Shown: positions 1-21,205, counted from the stretch's first letter. The stretch: DNA of 64,000 nucleotides from Amoebidium appalachense (GCA_963693365.1 CAVNZM010000016.1:7449415-7513414); one strand, 5' to 3'. Numbers and translations: made by a program. The notes: generated from the letters alone by a model not told the origin.

Positions 1-208
1 ATTAGGTTAAAACTCTCTAATCACCAATGAAATCAGGTCTACAAACGTCAGTGTAAAAATGCCCGGCAAAACATATAGAAGTGGACCGTAGCTGCATGGC
101 ATCAAGTTATTCACAACCTTCCCGCCATCCAATCAGGCGCAGATACGTTGCGCTCCCTTTTTACTTGTCGCCGTCAGTGCCCGTCACTGTCGCGGAACAA
201 CAAACAAC

Positions 209-247
209 CAAGGCCTCCTAAATAGGTGTGCTATTTAGGAGGCCTTG
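209..247. mobile_element. 39-bp minimal TIR element (hAT-like micro-MITE)
   Basis: Perfect 17-bp inverted repeats CAAGGCCTCCTAAATAG / CTATTTAGGAGGCCTTG around a 5-nt spacer (GTGTG), flanked by an exact 8-bp direct repeat CAAACAAC (201-208 and 248-255), the TSD length typical of hAT elements. Confidence 0.7.
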
Positions 248-905
248 CAAACAACAAACGGAAGCCTTGTTGTCATGTATGCACTGTCACGTAGGTAGGG
301 TCGCCGTTTCCCTTCCGTAGCGTGACGTTTAAAGCTATTGTTCTATTATATGAGCCTCACACCCCAACATGTGCGCGGTCTTGAGTAGAGTGTGAGTTGT
401 AGTTCTCAAGCTTAAGTGCAGGGTGCAATGTAACACCGGCTACCGTCACGAAAGTGTGCAGAGCTTGTGTTCAACTAAGTGACTGTCGAATGGGCTGAGA
501 TGGCAATATACTTAAGCAAGTCAAACAGAGCCCGAAAAATACTTGAATACACCAGGCGTGCAAATTGAAAGTAGCCTCAAACGCGTGCATGCTTGTTGAT
601 AAGATGGTTACTATATTAGTCACCACACAAAACGTCTCACATGTGTACAAACCACGGCCATCTAGAAACACCATGGCCGTGGTACAGACACAACTTGCCA
701 TGCCATGGTGGTGATCATATGATGCAGAAGTAGCACAGCTTTGGGGCGGCGACAATCTGGTCAACACATCCAATCATATTTCAAGCTATAAATTGATAAA
801 ATCGACATGCATAGAGAAGATCATGCCATCCTCTGACCGCTCTGGCCGTTAGGCAAATGAACTTGGGAATGCATTTCCCGGGTTCGACAAACAAGGGCCG
901 CGTAC

Positions 906-1447
906 TGGTTCGATTCGTGTGAAAAGCCAGATTGCCAGATTGCCAGAATGCCAGAATTTTGATGGCATTCCAGAAAGGCTAGATTTCGGTCCGGTTCTTG
1001 TAGAGCTAAAATCTAGCTTTTTGGGTCAAGAAGGCACTTGCCATTTTGCGCGGTAATAGAATATCTTGGCTTATCTTAATGAACAATAATAGTTTTGAAA
1101 TATTATTTAAATAATTTTTATTTTGTTAAATGGGCATTTATTACCAAGTTTTATGCATTTTTGAAAAGCTATACTAATAAGGCAAAACGCCTAGGATTGG
1201 ATACGAACTTTATATGGTGCTGGCGTGGCCAATCGTAAGGCGCAGGGTCAATCTGGCAATCTGGAAAGGGGGGGGGGGGGGTCGCCAGATTCTGGAATCT
1301 GGAAGAGGGGTCAAATTGAATCTGGCCTTAAAATTTTGTTTAAATTTTACGTTCCGATTCGATTGATCGACGAATAACCATTTTTGGCGAGGCGGTTTTT
1401 AATCTGGCAATCTGGCAATCTGGCTTTTGACACGAATCGAACCACTG
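906..1447. mobile_element. MITE / non-autonomous DNA transposon, probably hAT-like
   Basis: 42-bp inverted repeats with one mismatch (906-947 vs 1403-1444). Internal (TTGCCAGA)n / (TCTGGCAA)n subterminal repeats, AT-rich non-coding interior. The right end reads CAGTGG on the minus strand. No clear TSD. Confidence 0.75.
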
Positions 1448-2127
1448 TCTTGTAGGTGTGTTATTTGTACAATGCATGTATCATTTTTATTTGACACTTC
1501 AGCTTACCGACAGACCACGGCATAACGGTATTAATTTTTATATATAAATAAGGTAAATGAGCTGCTGTAATGATGCGGCGAGTGCAAACGCCACAAACCG
1601 ATTGCGATCCGATTCGGAAATTTCCCTGAACTTAGATCTCCGTGATATGAGCCGGCGCTTGCAGTTACCGGTCAAATAGGGGTAAAACAATAGCTTTAAA
1701 ACAGAAAATGAACCACACAGGAGAGCTTTCTAAAACTTTAAACATAGCACAAAAACATATACTCCATAATTGTCGAATGAGCCCCAAGGTCTAACTAAAT
1801 TTCTCACTGACACAGTTTTTTTTTAGTATCACGCTGTGTGTCGAGCCACAAAAATGAAAGGAACTAGTGCAATCATGCACTTTAGAGGGAAAAAATAATA
1901 ATGAATAAAATATATTTAGTTTCTAGCATAGTGTATTTTCATTTCATAAAGATGTTTATGCCATATTTTTCTTGTTGTCTAAGGGCTCTAGTATCACTTT
2001 TTATTCCATATATGACCCGACCGGCTGACCGAATTCGGACCCCTCCATAAGATAGCCGGTGTGGCGTATGACAACGCTCACGGCCATAAACCCTAAACCC
2101 TAGATGGCCGTGGACAACGCTCAAGCT

Positions 2128-2812
2128 TCAACGGATGCACTCTGTAATCACGCATGCATCCTGCATTTGTGTGTGGTGAAACGGTGCACTCAAGCTTGCG
2201 AACTTAACGGATAAACGAAGCACTTGTAGTTGTAGCCACCTGTGCAAACGCAAGGTAAAACCATGCACGTGCACTCGGCCGTGACTGCGTACCCCTGCAG
2301 TGAAAATATGCACTCGGCGTTCGATTCACTTGTGGTGAAAAGGTGCATCTTGCGATTATGTGTGGTGAAGCGCCACTCTGCAGTTTTGCGTGGTGAAACA
2401 ATGCACTCACTAAACCGTTGTTGTTCAATTATGCACTCTGAAATTTTATGTGGCGGACCATGCAATCCGATGTGTGGTGACACCAAACACATGTTACAAT
2501 CCGACGTGGTGAAACCATTCAAGCAAATCATTTGTGGCGGAGCCATGCTTACCTGCTATCATGTGGTAGAACCATGCACATCTGCACATGATCATGTGGT
2601 AGAACCATGCACATCTGCAATCACTGATGTGGTGGAACCATTCACATCTGCAATCTGACGTGGTGGAACCGTGAATATCTGCTATCTCATGTGGTGGAAC
2701 CATGCACATCTGCTATCTGATGTGGAACCATGCACATCTGCAATTTGATGTGGTTGAACCACACTTTCTGTGAACTCTCGTGTGGTGAAACCAAGCCACC
2801 CTGTGCACTCGT
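2128..2812. repeat. Degenerate tandem repeat array built on TGTGGTG(A/G)AACCATGCAC
   Basis: Many recurrences of TGTGGTGAAA / TGTGGTGGAACC followed by ATGCAC(T/A) at roughly 30-55 bp spacing. Confidence 0.75.
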
Positions 2813-3047
2813 GCACGAGCCTTGGCTTCACCACCAGACACTGACACCCATTTTACACCCCAGACAAAGCAGCCAAACAACAGGAGCACGTTTGGTGGCT
2901 GCACCAGTCAGCCTGTGTGTTCTATTGCACAGAGTCGTATGTTTAAGAGGGACTAATGCCCGGGTGTTCGCGCGCGTGTGTGCACGCGCGCTTGTGACTA
3001 GTGCGTGCGTGTGTGTTTTGGGGGGGGGGGGGGGGGGGGTTGGTTTT

Positions 3048-3078
<31 letters not shown>

Positions 3079-3221
3079 AATATACCCCAGCAAAACACAA
3101 ATTCTAAAAATAAACCAGACTGTGAGGCACGTGGCCAATATCAAACCAGTGGCAGCCCGCCCACTACAAGAGTAGGCGTGCAGTTACCCTCTTCGTTTCA
3201 TGCACACACAGATAGGCGGGG

Positions 3222-10090
<6,869 letters not shown>

Positions 10091-10438
10091 GGCTGCGTGC
10101 ACGCAGGTGGGTGGAGTGGGTGGAGGTCGGTGGAGCCACGCGCGTGTCTGTCGCGCACTTCAGCAACAAGCCGTTCCTTCTCAACTGTTCGCGTGAGTTT
10201 TTTGTCGCAGATTTGACAGTCACGCGCAACTGACACAAAACGAAGGGCGTGCTAATAAACGAAGCAGAAGTGTGACCGGAGAAGTCGGAACACAGTCTTC
10301 TTTAGCAACGCAGCAACAGCGAATAGGAAGCCACCAAGATATACTTTATATGGCTTATCGTCTTTCATCGCTGTTTGCGCCATCAGGTCACTGACGTTAG
10401 AGCGCGCATGCGCAGCGCCGGTCGACCGCCCCCTGCAC

Positions 10439-10537
10439 TGCCCCCTCCCGGCCTTATAAACAGGTTAAAACACACGGCCTTTCATCTATTGCCCCCTCCC
10501 GGCCTTATAAACAGGCTAAAACACACGGCTTTTCATC
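10439..10537. repeat. 50-bp tandem duplication upstream of TMED9
   Basis: Two copies of TGCCCCCTCCCGGCCTTATAAACAGG(T/C)TAAAACACACGGC(C/T)TTTCATC. Confidence 0.8.
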
Positions 10538-10613
10538 GACATTGAAGCCTTTTCCCTCAGCCCACACTCTACATACAACGTCTCACATAAGCTCGTCTCT
10601 GATAGGTTTGCCT

Positions 10614-10645
<32 letters not shown>

Positions 10646-10720
10646 CCCCCCCCCCCCCCCCCCCTCGCCCCCCTCCCCCCTCCTCCCCGGTTCCGAAAAT
10701 TTTAAAGACTGACCGACTGT

Positions 10721-10790
<70 letters not shown>

Positions 10791-10812
10791 GTGTGCGTGT
10801 GTGCGCGCGCGC

Positions 10813-10861
<49 letters not shown>

Positions 10862-11247
10862 GGGGGGGGGGGGGAGGGGGAGGGGGGGGGGGGGGGGGAG
10901 AGGGGGGGGGGGCGGGGAAGAGGGGGGGGGGGGGGGGGGGGTTACTAACAGGTTTCATTTAGGATTACAACTTTGATAATTCACCGTGATAGTATGAAAT
11001 AAACAGTACTAATATGCACTACTATTTTATTTGGAAAAAATTAAGATTCTAGGGGCTACCAAGAGCTGAGCCTGAAGAAAGAACAAGATAACGGAGAGGA
11101 GGGGGAGGAGAGAGGGGGGCGAGGGGGAGGGGAGAGGGGAGAGCCGAGGGATGCTCTGACTTCCTTATATACTCACCTCTCCCTTCTTTCCTTCCCTCTC
11201 TCTCTCCTTTTCCCCCGGGCACAAATACAAATAAACCCCGCAAAAGT

Positions 11248-11897
11248 GTGCGTGTGACTTTGGACTGCCACTTACTTATTAGACATGTACACAATCACAA
11301 GATAATTACGCAATATAACAAATGGAAAAAGATACCACACGACACCAGACCCGATGAAAGCATACACCTTGAAAAACTAAAAATGTCTCGTTTTATATAT
11401 AATGACCGCCATAACCATATGGCCAAATATGACACTCGCAAATGTGTAACACCTAAATACATATTACCTTCCTGTAGAATTGGTCTTTCTCTAGCTGATG
11501 GTATTATTGATCACATACCATGCTTTTACTGCCAGTACACGTGCTATACAGTGGAGATCTAATAAGTATAAGGTGGCATCGTTTGCATGCCCAAACAACA
11601 CACACACACACCATTTTAAACGGTCATGTATCGCCAAATGTAGTTTGATAGACCACATAATACCGCAACACACACACGTCACATTCACAACAGACACCCA
11701 GAAAGATAGCCTACCTGAAAATTACAACATCCTTGATTTTATACTAAACACGCGTATCTACGACCTGTTTATTAGATGTATTGATTGGCTTGAGAAACAC
11801 ATCATTACAAAATTCTAGCGCACACACACACACAAACACACACACACACACACACACACACAACCAGCTGATACCGAGTGTCCCAGGGGAGCCCGAA

Positions 11898-11930
<33 letters not shown>
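11248..11930 (+). mobile_element. 5'-truncated, frameshifted non-LTR retrotransposon 3' end
   Basis: AT-rich intronless fragment encoding QWRSN...ACP...FKRSCIAKCSL...NILDFILN, followed by (CA)n and a ~30-nt poly-A tail. Same motif set as 11948-12283 and 21340-21957. Confidence 0.55.
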
Positions 11931-11931
<1 letters not shown>

Positions 11932-11947
11932 GGGGAACCCCAGCTAA

Positions 11948-12410
11948 TTGATTTTTCTTATGGATACCACCCTAGTAGATAAGTCTGTATGGTGCTCTGA
12001 TGTTGATATTGCCTGGGAAGTTGTGCAGTGGCGCTGTAATTCTTGTTTTCATCGCCGCTGGTGCCACTTTTGTGCTGACCTTTTTAATCGCAAGCATGTT
12101 GATAGGTGTGAATTTTTATGTCGCGTTTTACCTCTTTCCCTCCGGGTATCTGCTACACTAGCTGGCAATGTGAACACTTTAGACTTTTTGTTGAATTCTG
12201 TAGGTCGTCACATTGAGTATTTATATGATTTTCACACAGTGTTCAGGTATCTCAGTATGCACTTGTTACTGGATAACTCGTGAAGTTTTTATTGTCTTCT
12301 CAGTATGCCGTGCATACTTGCATATCTTTCCGTCGAATAAATCCAGTCAAAAGATTTTTTTTCTTTTTTTTCTTAGTCTTTATGTGTCTCGTAGAGAAAG
12401 TAAACCCTGA
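11948..12410 (+). mobile_element. 5'-truncated non-LTR retrotransposon 3' end with CCHC-like knuckle
   Basis: QWRCN...CHFCADLFNRKHVDRC...TLDFLLN has Cx2Cx7Hx3C spacing, resembling the C-terminal zinc knuckle of LINE-type ORF2. Confidence 0.6.
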
Positions 12411-12691
12411 TATATAATCATCACCCGACAGCTATGTACGTGATCATGATATACCGCTGAGGGGATATTCCGAGCAAAAACCCCCCATACCTGAGACTGG
12501 TCTCTCTTTGCCTCGAGTAAACAGCGTAAACCCCTTATATACTTCTGTGTGTGCAAACTTTGTGTGTGTGTGTGCATATTACACTGTGCGTACATCTGAA
12601 CTTGCAAGCGTGTGCCACGGGTTGCGTTTAAGTTATATATGCAAGGTGAGTGTCAGTGTAGTACTACATGTCACAGTGTGTCTTGTGAGTG

Positions 12692-12818
<127 letters not shown>

Positions 12819-13212
12819 TGTGTGTGACACAGTGCGCGCGTGTGTGCACTAGTGTGCGTAATCGACTGGTGTGTGATTTGTGGTGGTTTCATTTTTTTTT
12901 TTTCGGTTTTTTTATGTGCATATTTGTGATATGGTGTGTGTGTGTGGACGTGTAGATGTGTGAAGTCTGGGGACACTAGCTGTGTGCGGTTGTTTGCGTG
13001 CACGTGACACTGTATGTGGTGCGCGGAGCACTGACAAAACCAAATTGCATCCCAAATATAATAATATGCGCCAAGTGACTTGGTTAATCAATCAAAATGT
13101 TTTTTAAAGCCCCAATTGCAAACAAAACTGAACGAAACCTTAAAAACTGGGAACTCTTTTTTTTTTGCCGGGATGGGGGAGGCAGGAGGGGAGGGGAAGG
13201 GGAAGGGGGGGG

Positions 13213-13256
<44 letters not shown>

Positions 13257-13719
13257 AGTGCACACTTTGTGTACGATTTTTGGCTCACGTTTTCGGAAAC
13301 GGCATGCATGCACAATGTCATGGCCTTGCAGCCACTGCACGGCCGCAAGCACCCCCACCCCCCCCTCCAAAAAAAAAACAACAAAAAAAAGCCTCCACCT
13401 GTGCGAACCTAGCATACATGCCCCGTGGTCAGGGGACCACCGCGGGGGGAGGGGGGGGGGGGAGGGAAGGGGGAGGAGGGGGAGGTTTGGGGGGGGGGGG
13501 GGAAGTAAAGATACTGTGATAATGAACCCTACGGCCGAGAACCTTAAGGATCTAGACCCCATCCTCGATTGAGCTGTTATCTTAGAAGTGAGTGACCCCT
13601 GCAGTGTGTGTGCCGTTACCACGCTGCATAATCATAGAGGCTCCAAAGTCTTTCCGGAAGCCGTTGAACACTGTCAGAAGTGTGCACACAATAGAATGAT
13701 TATCTAGGTTTCCCCTCCC

Positions 13720-13763
<44 letters not shown>

Positions 13764-14743
13764 AAAAAAAAAAAAAAAGAGGAAAAGAAAGAAAGAAAGA
13801 AAGGAAGAAAGAACAGACTTCGTGGTGTGGCGTCACAAGGCCATTCACGTTAGTTATTGAAAGGCATGCACAACCGGCCACAGTTTTGTAGTGTCAGTGT
13901 ACATGACTGAATAAATCATCAAAGCACAGGCGGCTCGGGTGGAAGCTATGTACCCTGCAAGTACCATTTTTGGTTTGCTTTTCCCTTAACATTCGCCGTT
14001 CAAATTCGGGTCGCCGGGTGTACATCCATATTTTTATTCAGTGGCGGGATCATTGCACTTAATTGGCGGCTCCGCAGAAAAGGTCCCCCCTCCCCTCCCC
14101 TCCTCCTCCTCCCTCCCCACCCTCCCCCCCCCCATTTCCCCCTGTACCCTCCCCCCCCCCCCCTCCCCCCCTTTCCGGGCCGGGGCGGGTAAGCGCTGAT
14201 GATTAAGTTATCCGGTGCAGCTACATAAGTGCCAACATGAGCCCCGGTTATTTTGCTGCACCTGGTAGTTTAGTGCAACCTCCAACACCACACCCACATT
14301 CCACCACCGGAGATGAACCAATGAGACACCGCGCTTAAAGTTTAATCACAGGTTTTGAGTGGAGGGGAGCCTGGTGCTATGTACCCGCAGGCAAGGCTGG
14401 GGTGAAGAACCCTGGGCTAAGTGTGTACTAATAGTTAGGTAATTACAACCCTATTAGTGATGGTGTTTTGGCTTAAACTAATGGCACCATAGCACCCCAG
14501 ATAGAGGATAGTTGGTGCTGGGTGGAAGAACGTTGAAGACGGTAGTTCTCCTAAGGGCCCCATTCGGGGTCCCTCCGGGAACAAAACGGACAAAGGGATA
14601 AAATGAAAAAAAAAGGTAGTCTGGTGCAAAGGCATAGTTGATCGTTGGTGGTGGGAAGGTTGAGAAGTTGAAACTGTCAGAGGCAAAAGTTCTAACTGAG
14701 TGGCATGCATGGCGGTGAGGGGAAAACCCGGACGTTGCCGTGG

Positions 14744-14775
<32 letters not shown>

Positions 14776-14937
14776 ATAGTATCCCTCGGCCGTGCTGCAG
14801 CCTCCCACATGTGTCCATATGTACCATCTACCGCCCAGGGTTAGACCTGCAACAGTGTGCTAGCTGTGTTTTTGAGCTTCGACACAGCCTACATGACAGT
14901 AAGAATAGCCATGTAGTGCTATTAAATCATGGTGGAT

Positions 14938-14984
<47 letters not shown>

Positions 14985-15131
14985 ATGCGCGCGCTCCCGT
15001 GTGTGTACTGTATGGTTACGGTTGGGGGGAGGGCGGGGGGGGGGGGGGGGGGGGGGGGAGAATGGGTAGTGAAAAAGAAACTTAGCCATACTCAAATCGA
15101 CCGTCACGTAACTTAGGGCACAGCATATCCA

Positions 15132-15166
<35 letters not shown>

Positions 15167-15807
15167 CCTCCCCTCCCCTCTTAATCCCCGGGGTCAACCC
15201 GTGCCTATTCAAATACAAACTTCCTAGGCCAGGCCGACTGATCAGCATAGCACCTTTCATACGTGGTGGGGACCCTAACTGGCAGAGCGAAGCATCTCCC
15301 CCCCCACCAAACCACTATCTTAGCGCACAAAAGGCCGGGTCCTACCACCTACCGACACGACCAGTTCTTAGTCAGTGCCCCCCCCCCCCCTCCCCCCCCC
15401 CCCCCCCCCCCCCAAAAAAAGGTGATAACGCAAGCCACCTGCCCCCGCCCCCGCCCCCCCCCTCCCCCCCCTCCCCCTCCCCCCCCCCAAAAGAAAATAA
15501 AAAAATTGGTGGCTCAACTCCACACACCCATCCTCCACCCTTTGCACATGGTGCATTTTTGCTTTTTTTTTTGTCCCTGGTCAACACTTCTATTTCTGGT
15601 TGGGCAGTCAGCATTGCATTTCGATTCAGCCTTGTGCATGTGAATGCACGCAGTGGAAATGTTAGAATTGACACTGTCATGGTGTGTGCCCCCCATCCCC
15701 CCCCCCCCCCCCCCCCCCCTCCCTCCCTCCCCCCCCCCCCCCTCCCTCCCCCTCCCCCCCCCCCCCCTCCCTCCCCTCCCCCCCCCCCCCCTCCCCCTCC
15801 CCCCCCC

Positions 15808-15840
<33 letters not shown>

Positions 15841-16825
15841 GGGTAGCACGTAAGTATCTCAGAGTCACAGTGGTGTAAGGTAGCACTCTTAATGACCGAC
15901 TGAGACCTGTCAGCTGTGTCTCACGTATGAACTTCTCCCACAGGGAGGAATTCACATTCGGCTGGGGACCAGACAATTCCAGATGGAAACCGGATATTGT
16001 CATTGGTCTACTACAAATAGACACTATAGTCTGATTGGTCACCACATGGCTAAATAGGATTGGCCCTACGCCAAACGATCCCTACCGGCTATACCCGCAC
16101 TTATACCATATATGGTAAGTATGGTTTGGAGGCATGGGGATGATGGCATCACTAGATGGAGTGTGGCTTGCTCATACACATGCACACCCATGATACTTTA
16201 TCCCCCCCCCCCCTCCCCCCCCATCCCCCCCTCCTGCCGCTCCTCTCTCATCCCCCCATCTCCCCCCCCCCCCCCCCCTCCCCCCCCCCCCCCCCCGCCC
16301 TACCCCTCTCCTTCGGTGTACGCGCATAGCTATGTTTCTGACACAAGGGCGGGTAGTGATAGTGCATTGGGTAATGGTATAAAAGCCCGTGATTGAATCA
16401 TGCGTGCATCCTGTGTGTGCGAGCAAGCATGCATATGTACGTGTGCGTGTATCTATTGTTCCTGAGTGCGTGCTCCTGTAGATACTGCACTTGCATCACA
16501 CACACCCCACTCAGACGGTAGATCCCAGATCCCCCCCCCCCCCCCCCCCCCCCTCCACAGGTCCCCTTTCTCATCCCCCTGCCCTCCCTTGGTTGGGCCG
16601 TGAGTGGGTGGGTAGGTGGAGGAGACAGGTTGGGGTGCGGTGTGCGAGATGGGTGCGTGTGTGTGTGTGTGTGCCAGTGTGTGTGTGTGGGCAGGGCCGG
16701 GGGGGAGAGGGGAGAGGGGAGGGGGGGGGGGGGGAAGTACACATACACATATACACAGGCCTGTGCCCTGGGCGAACAGAAATAATATTAGAGCCACGTG
16801 TGTGCGTGTGTGCGTGCGTGTGTGC

Positions 16826-16871
<46 letters not shown>

Positions 16872-17131
16872 ATGGTGCCGCTGTGGGTGTTACGATACGT
16901 AGGATCATGTGTCACATCATTTTCTACGTAGGATCATGTGTCACATCATTTTCAAATTTGTGTGTGTGTGTGTGTGCGTGCGCGCGTTTGTGCGTGCACG
17001 TATATTTGTACGTGTGTGCGCACACCTGTGCAACACACGGTGCTTTTTTTTGGTGTGTCTGTGTAATGGCACGTGTGCGCGTGTGTGCGGGTATGTGCAC
17101 TTTATGCCTCGAGTTTGCAGCGTAAAGCCCC

Positions 17132-17180
<49 letters not shown>

Positions 17181-17257
17181 TGTGTGAGTGTGATACATGT
17201 ATGCGTGATTCTGCATGTGTGAATGTGTGCCAAGGTGTGCATCTGTGTTCGTGTGCG

Positions 17258-17302
<45 letters not shown>

Positions 17303-17396
17303 CTGTATGTGCGTATGCGGGTGTGTGTGTGTGTGCGTGTTAGTATGTGTGTGTGTGTGTGTGTGTTTCACAGTGTGTGCGTGTGTGCACGTGTAT

Positions 17397-17441
<45 letters not shown>

Positions 17442-17527
17442 TGTGTGTGTGTGTGCGTGTATGTGTATGTGTGTGTGTGTATGTGTGTGCGTGCGCGTAC
17501 ATGTGTGTGTATGTGTGTGTGTGCCAC

Positions 17528-17603
<76 letters not shown>

Positions 17604-18550
17604 CGTTGAAGGAGTCCGACGCTGTAAGTATGTGGAACGTGGGTTCGTGTACAACAATTATAACGCTATATTAGCGACCTCTGCCACACAGGCTGAAAAA
17701 TCTTGGTTGTGAAGCTCGTGCAAACACCGTGCCACACAGACACAACCCCTGTACAGCACCTTGACCCAGAGCTCGTGCCATCGTAACACATGGGTAGGTA
17801 ACGTACAACAGGTACAAAAAAAATAATTGTCTTTGCGTTATAGTGAGCTTGTTGTGTGTCAAAGGAAGCATGGTCCTTGGGGTATTACACGGAAAGCAAC
17901 AAGCCCACCAGGACAACAGACCGTTACGACGCGTGTATGTCTGCAATAAATGTTGGTGTCCCGTTCCGGAAGTGTTGGAACAGTTGGGTTTCGTAGCTGG
18001 AGGCTGATTGGTCAACTAACCAAAAGGAATTTCGGCGGGGCATTTCGATGATTTGATTGGGTGCAACAAACTTTAGTGACCAATTGTAATTCAGTGTGTA
18101 TACTATTGGTCCAGTAATCCGTCAATACAGTTTTATTGGGTGTAACCAAATATGGAGAAGAATGCAGAGCGAAAAGCCACGGATTTTCTGTGAGCCAGAA
18201 TCCTTATGCGAAAAACATACAAGAGGGTTTATATAAGACATTCATTTCAAAAGAACTTTTATTAGAAATGATGCTTATGATTTCTGTATAAAGACTGAAG
18301 CTAGTTCAAAGAAGATGGTTCGCACTAGCCTGGTGTACTGCTGGCAGAGGAAGTGTGAGCTATGATTGGATAACTGTCACTGCTATTTGATGCCGCATTG
18401 TCAGAGAGGCTCACCAGCAGCAGCCGGCGATAAAAACTCCCTGCCCGCGCCTGCCACCCCACACAATTCAAACACTGTGTGTTCAGCAACAACTTCAGAC
18501 TTGACCCTTACACACCCATCAGCCCTAGTGTTTTCTAGCCATAGACCAAG

Positions 18551-19163
18551 ATGATGTTCAGCAGAGTAGTTGTTGCTGCGACCCTAGCGGCAGTTGCGCA
18601 ACATGTGCACAGCGTGCCGGTGCGCGTTGCACCCGGGCAGGACATGATGCTGCAGGTGGGCAGCGGGCAGGACGTCTACCGGGTGGTGCCCATTATTGCC
18701 GCCAACAGTGCAGACACAGCCATGGTGGCCCCACAGGGCAAGAGGGTGGTCGTCACGGTCACCACTGAGCGCGGCGGCATCACGGCACCGTTCAGGCGCA
18801 TGCTGCAGCGGCTGCTGCCTGCATCCATTCGAGATAGGATTGGTGGGCCCGTGAGGAACGAGGTGTCGGTGCCAATTTCTACGGGCCAGCAGGTGAGTGG
18901 ACTAGGGGTAGGGGTGTGTGCAGGTTGGGTGTACGGAGGAGAAAAGCTATGAGGCATTAATGAAATGGAAAGTGCTGTGGAAGTGTCGCTGTATGTGATG
19001 ACTTCTGGATACCAAGCCTTACTTTGTTGAGCTGGCTCATTTCTTGTCATGGCTGTAATGTGAATGTTTTCGAATTCGTGGTGCCGGATTCTTCTTCTTC
19101 TTCTTTTTTTCCCATTCTGTATTTCTATTTGTATTTCTGGGGGGGGGGGGGGGGGGAGGGGAA

Positions 19164-19197
<34 letters not shown>

Positions 19198-19699
19198 AAT
19201 GCGTATGCGAGTCAATGAACCATCTGAATATGCCTCGTGGATTGTGATTCGTGCGGGTAATTGGTAGTAGTGAAGGCCACCTGACGGATTTAGCCTTCAA
19301 GTTGTGCAAACAAATGGCTCCTTCCCATACCCATATCCACCAAGGTATACCGGCCAGACCACTAACTGAACACTGTGTGCACAGGGCAAGAGTGTTGTGG
19401 AGATCACGGTGACCCACCGCAACACATTCCTGCAGGTGCTGAGCCTGTTTGTGTTTGCCCTCAGCCTGGCCCTCTTTGCCGCCGTCTGGTGCGGCTGTGC
19501 ATTCCACTGCGGCCCGGCCCCAGATGGTGAGGTGGAGTTTGAGCTGCGGTTCGGCAACCAATCAGAAAGCGTGAATGCCCAGTTTGTGCATGCCGCAGAC
19601 TCGGATGATGAAGACGATGAGGGGGTGGTGGTGGTCGGCACGGTGCCAGCCAGCCAACAAAAGGGAAAGAGTGTGGCTACATCGGTTGTCGTTGCATAG
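18551..19699 (+). CDS. Uncharacterised type-I single-pass membrane protein, ~218 aa
   Basis: Exons 18551-18892 (CAG|gtgagt) and 19385-19699 (cacag|GGC), phase 0, GC3-rich like the host genes. Signal peptide MMFSRVVVAATLAAVAQHVHS, TM FLQVLSLFVFALSLALFAAVW, juxtamembrane CGCAFHC, acidic tail DSDDEDDE. Confidence 0.8.
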
Positions 19700-20366
19700 A
19701 CAGAGGTTGTATAGATGTTGTATATATAGAGATGTTGTGTACATAATAGATGTTGTTTGTATATAACTAGGCTTTCAAAGAATCTCCTCGCATTCTAACT
19801 ATTGCCGGCAGGGCGAGGTATCTCAACAAATGTATGTATGACCCGGTGAATCGAATGAACATTGCTGGCACACTTAACAGTATCTAAGGTCTGGTTGTTT
19901 TGTGTTTAACAAACATGACAGTAAGGTTTCGTTTCTTCGAAACGGATGCAAGACTATGTCGAAATATGAACAGTAGTTGGATATACCGGTCTGCACCAGT
20001 ACCCTCCCAGGGCATAGATTGATTGCTGGTGACGCTATTTCCACCATTAGAAGCCGAACATGAACACGTGCATGTGTATGTTCCGGGAGGCAACTCTGGC
20101 ATCTCCCCCCCCCCCCCCCCCCCCCCCGGGGGCCCCCCTCCTCCCCCCTCCGTACCCCGTCGCCCCACCACCTACGTGAACACTAACATCCGTTTGTGTC
20201 GGCCTTGCATACAGAAAGGGGTGTGTGTGTGTGTGGTGTGTGTGTGTGTGTGTGTTTGTGTGCGTGTGTGTGTGTGTGTGTGTCTGAGTGTGTGTGTTTG
20301 GTCATGTGGGTGCAAAGTGTAAGTGTTTTGGAAAAATCGCACTCAACACTCCCAATATAATGGCCT

Positions 20367-20423
<57 letters not shown>

Positions 20424-20554
20424 ACACAGACACACAGACATACATGCATATGTACACTGCACACGCAATTGCGCATCTATGCAACAACCCCGCACGCATA
20501 TAGACACAGTCACATGTACACAAACACATGTGGAAATGTGTGTGCGTGTGCGAG

Positions 20555-20654
<100 letters not shown>

Positions 20655-20685
20655 CACAGCCTATCGTGTGTGTGTGTGCACAGCA

Positions 20686-20725
<40 letters not shown>

Positions 20726-20806
20726 ACGTGCCACGGTGTTCGTGTGTATGACATTGTGTATATATGCATGTTAGGCGTGAATCAGGTAAAATTGAGTGCG
20801 TCCGTG

Positions 20807-20846
<40 letters not shown>

Positions 20847-20854
20847 TGTCTGTC

Positions 20855-20929
<75 letters not shown>

Positions 20930-21128
20930 ATAGCATTGTGAACGAGGTCGTGTTTGTGCGTGTGGGGGGCCCGTGTTTGGTACGTAAGTGTGTGTGTGTA
21001 CTACACAGTGTGAATGTACATGTGTAAGTGCTGTGTGCGTTGTGTTCGTGTGTGTGTGTAGTGGTGATGGTGGTGGTGATGCATGGGATGGTGGTGGTTG
21101 GGTGGGTAGATCGGTCGTAGGTTAAAGG

Positions 21129-21205
<77 letters not shown>

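Noticed and set aside
2128-2812. CRISPR-like or coding repeat (VVEPCTSA)
   Set aside because: Units are degenerate and related along their whole length, with no splice or codon support, so it is treated as a satellite.
13500-16200. Unique-looking patches between poly-G/C tracts as exons
   Set aside because: I could not build a phase-consistent spliced model or recognise protein motifs. They are probably decayed repeats.
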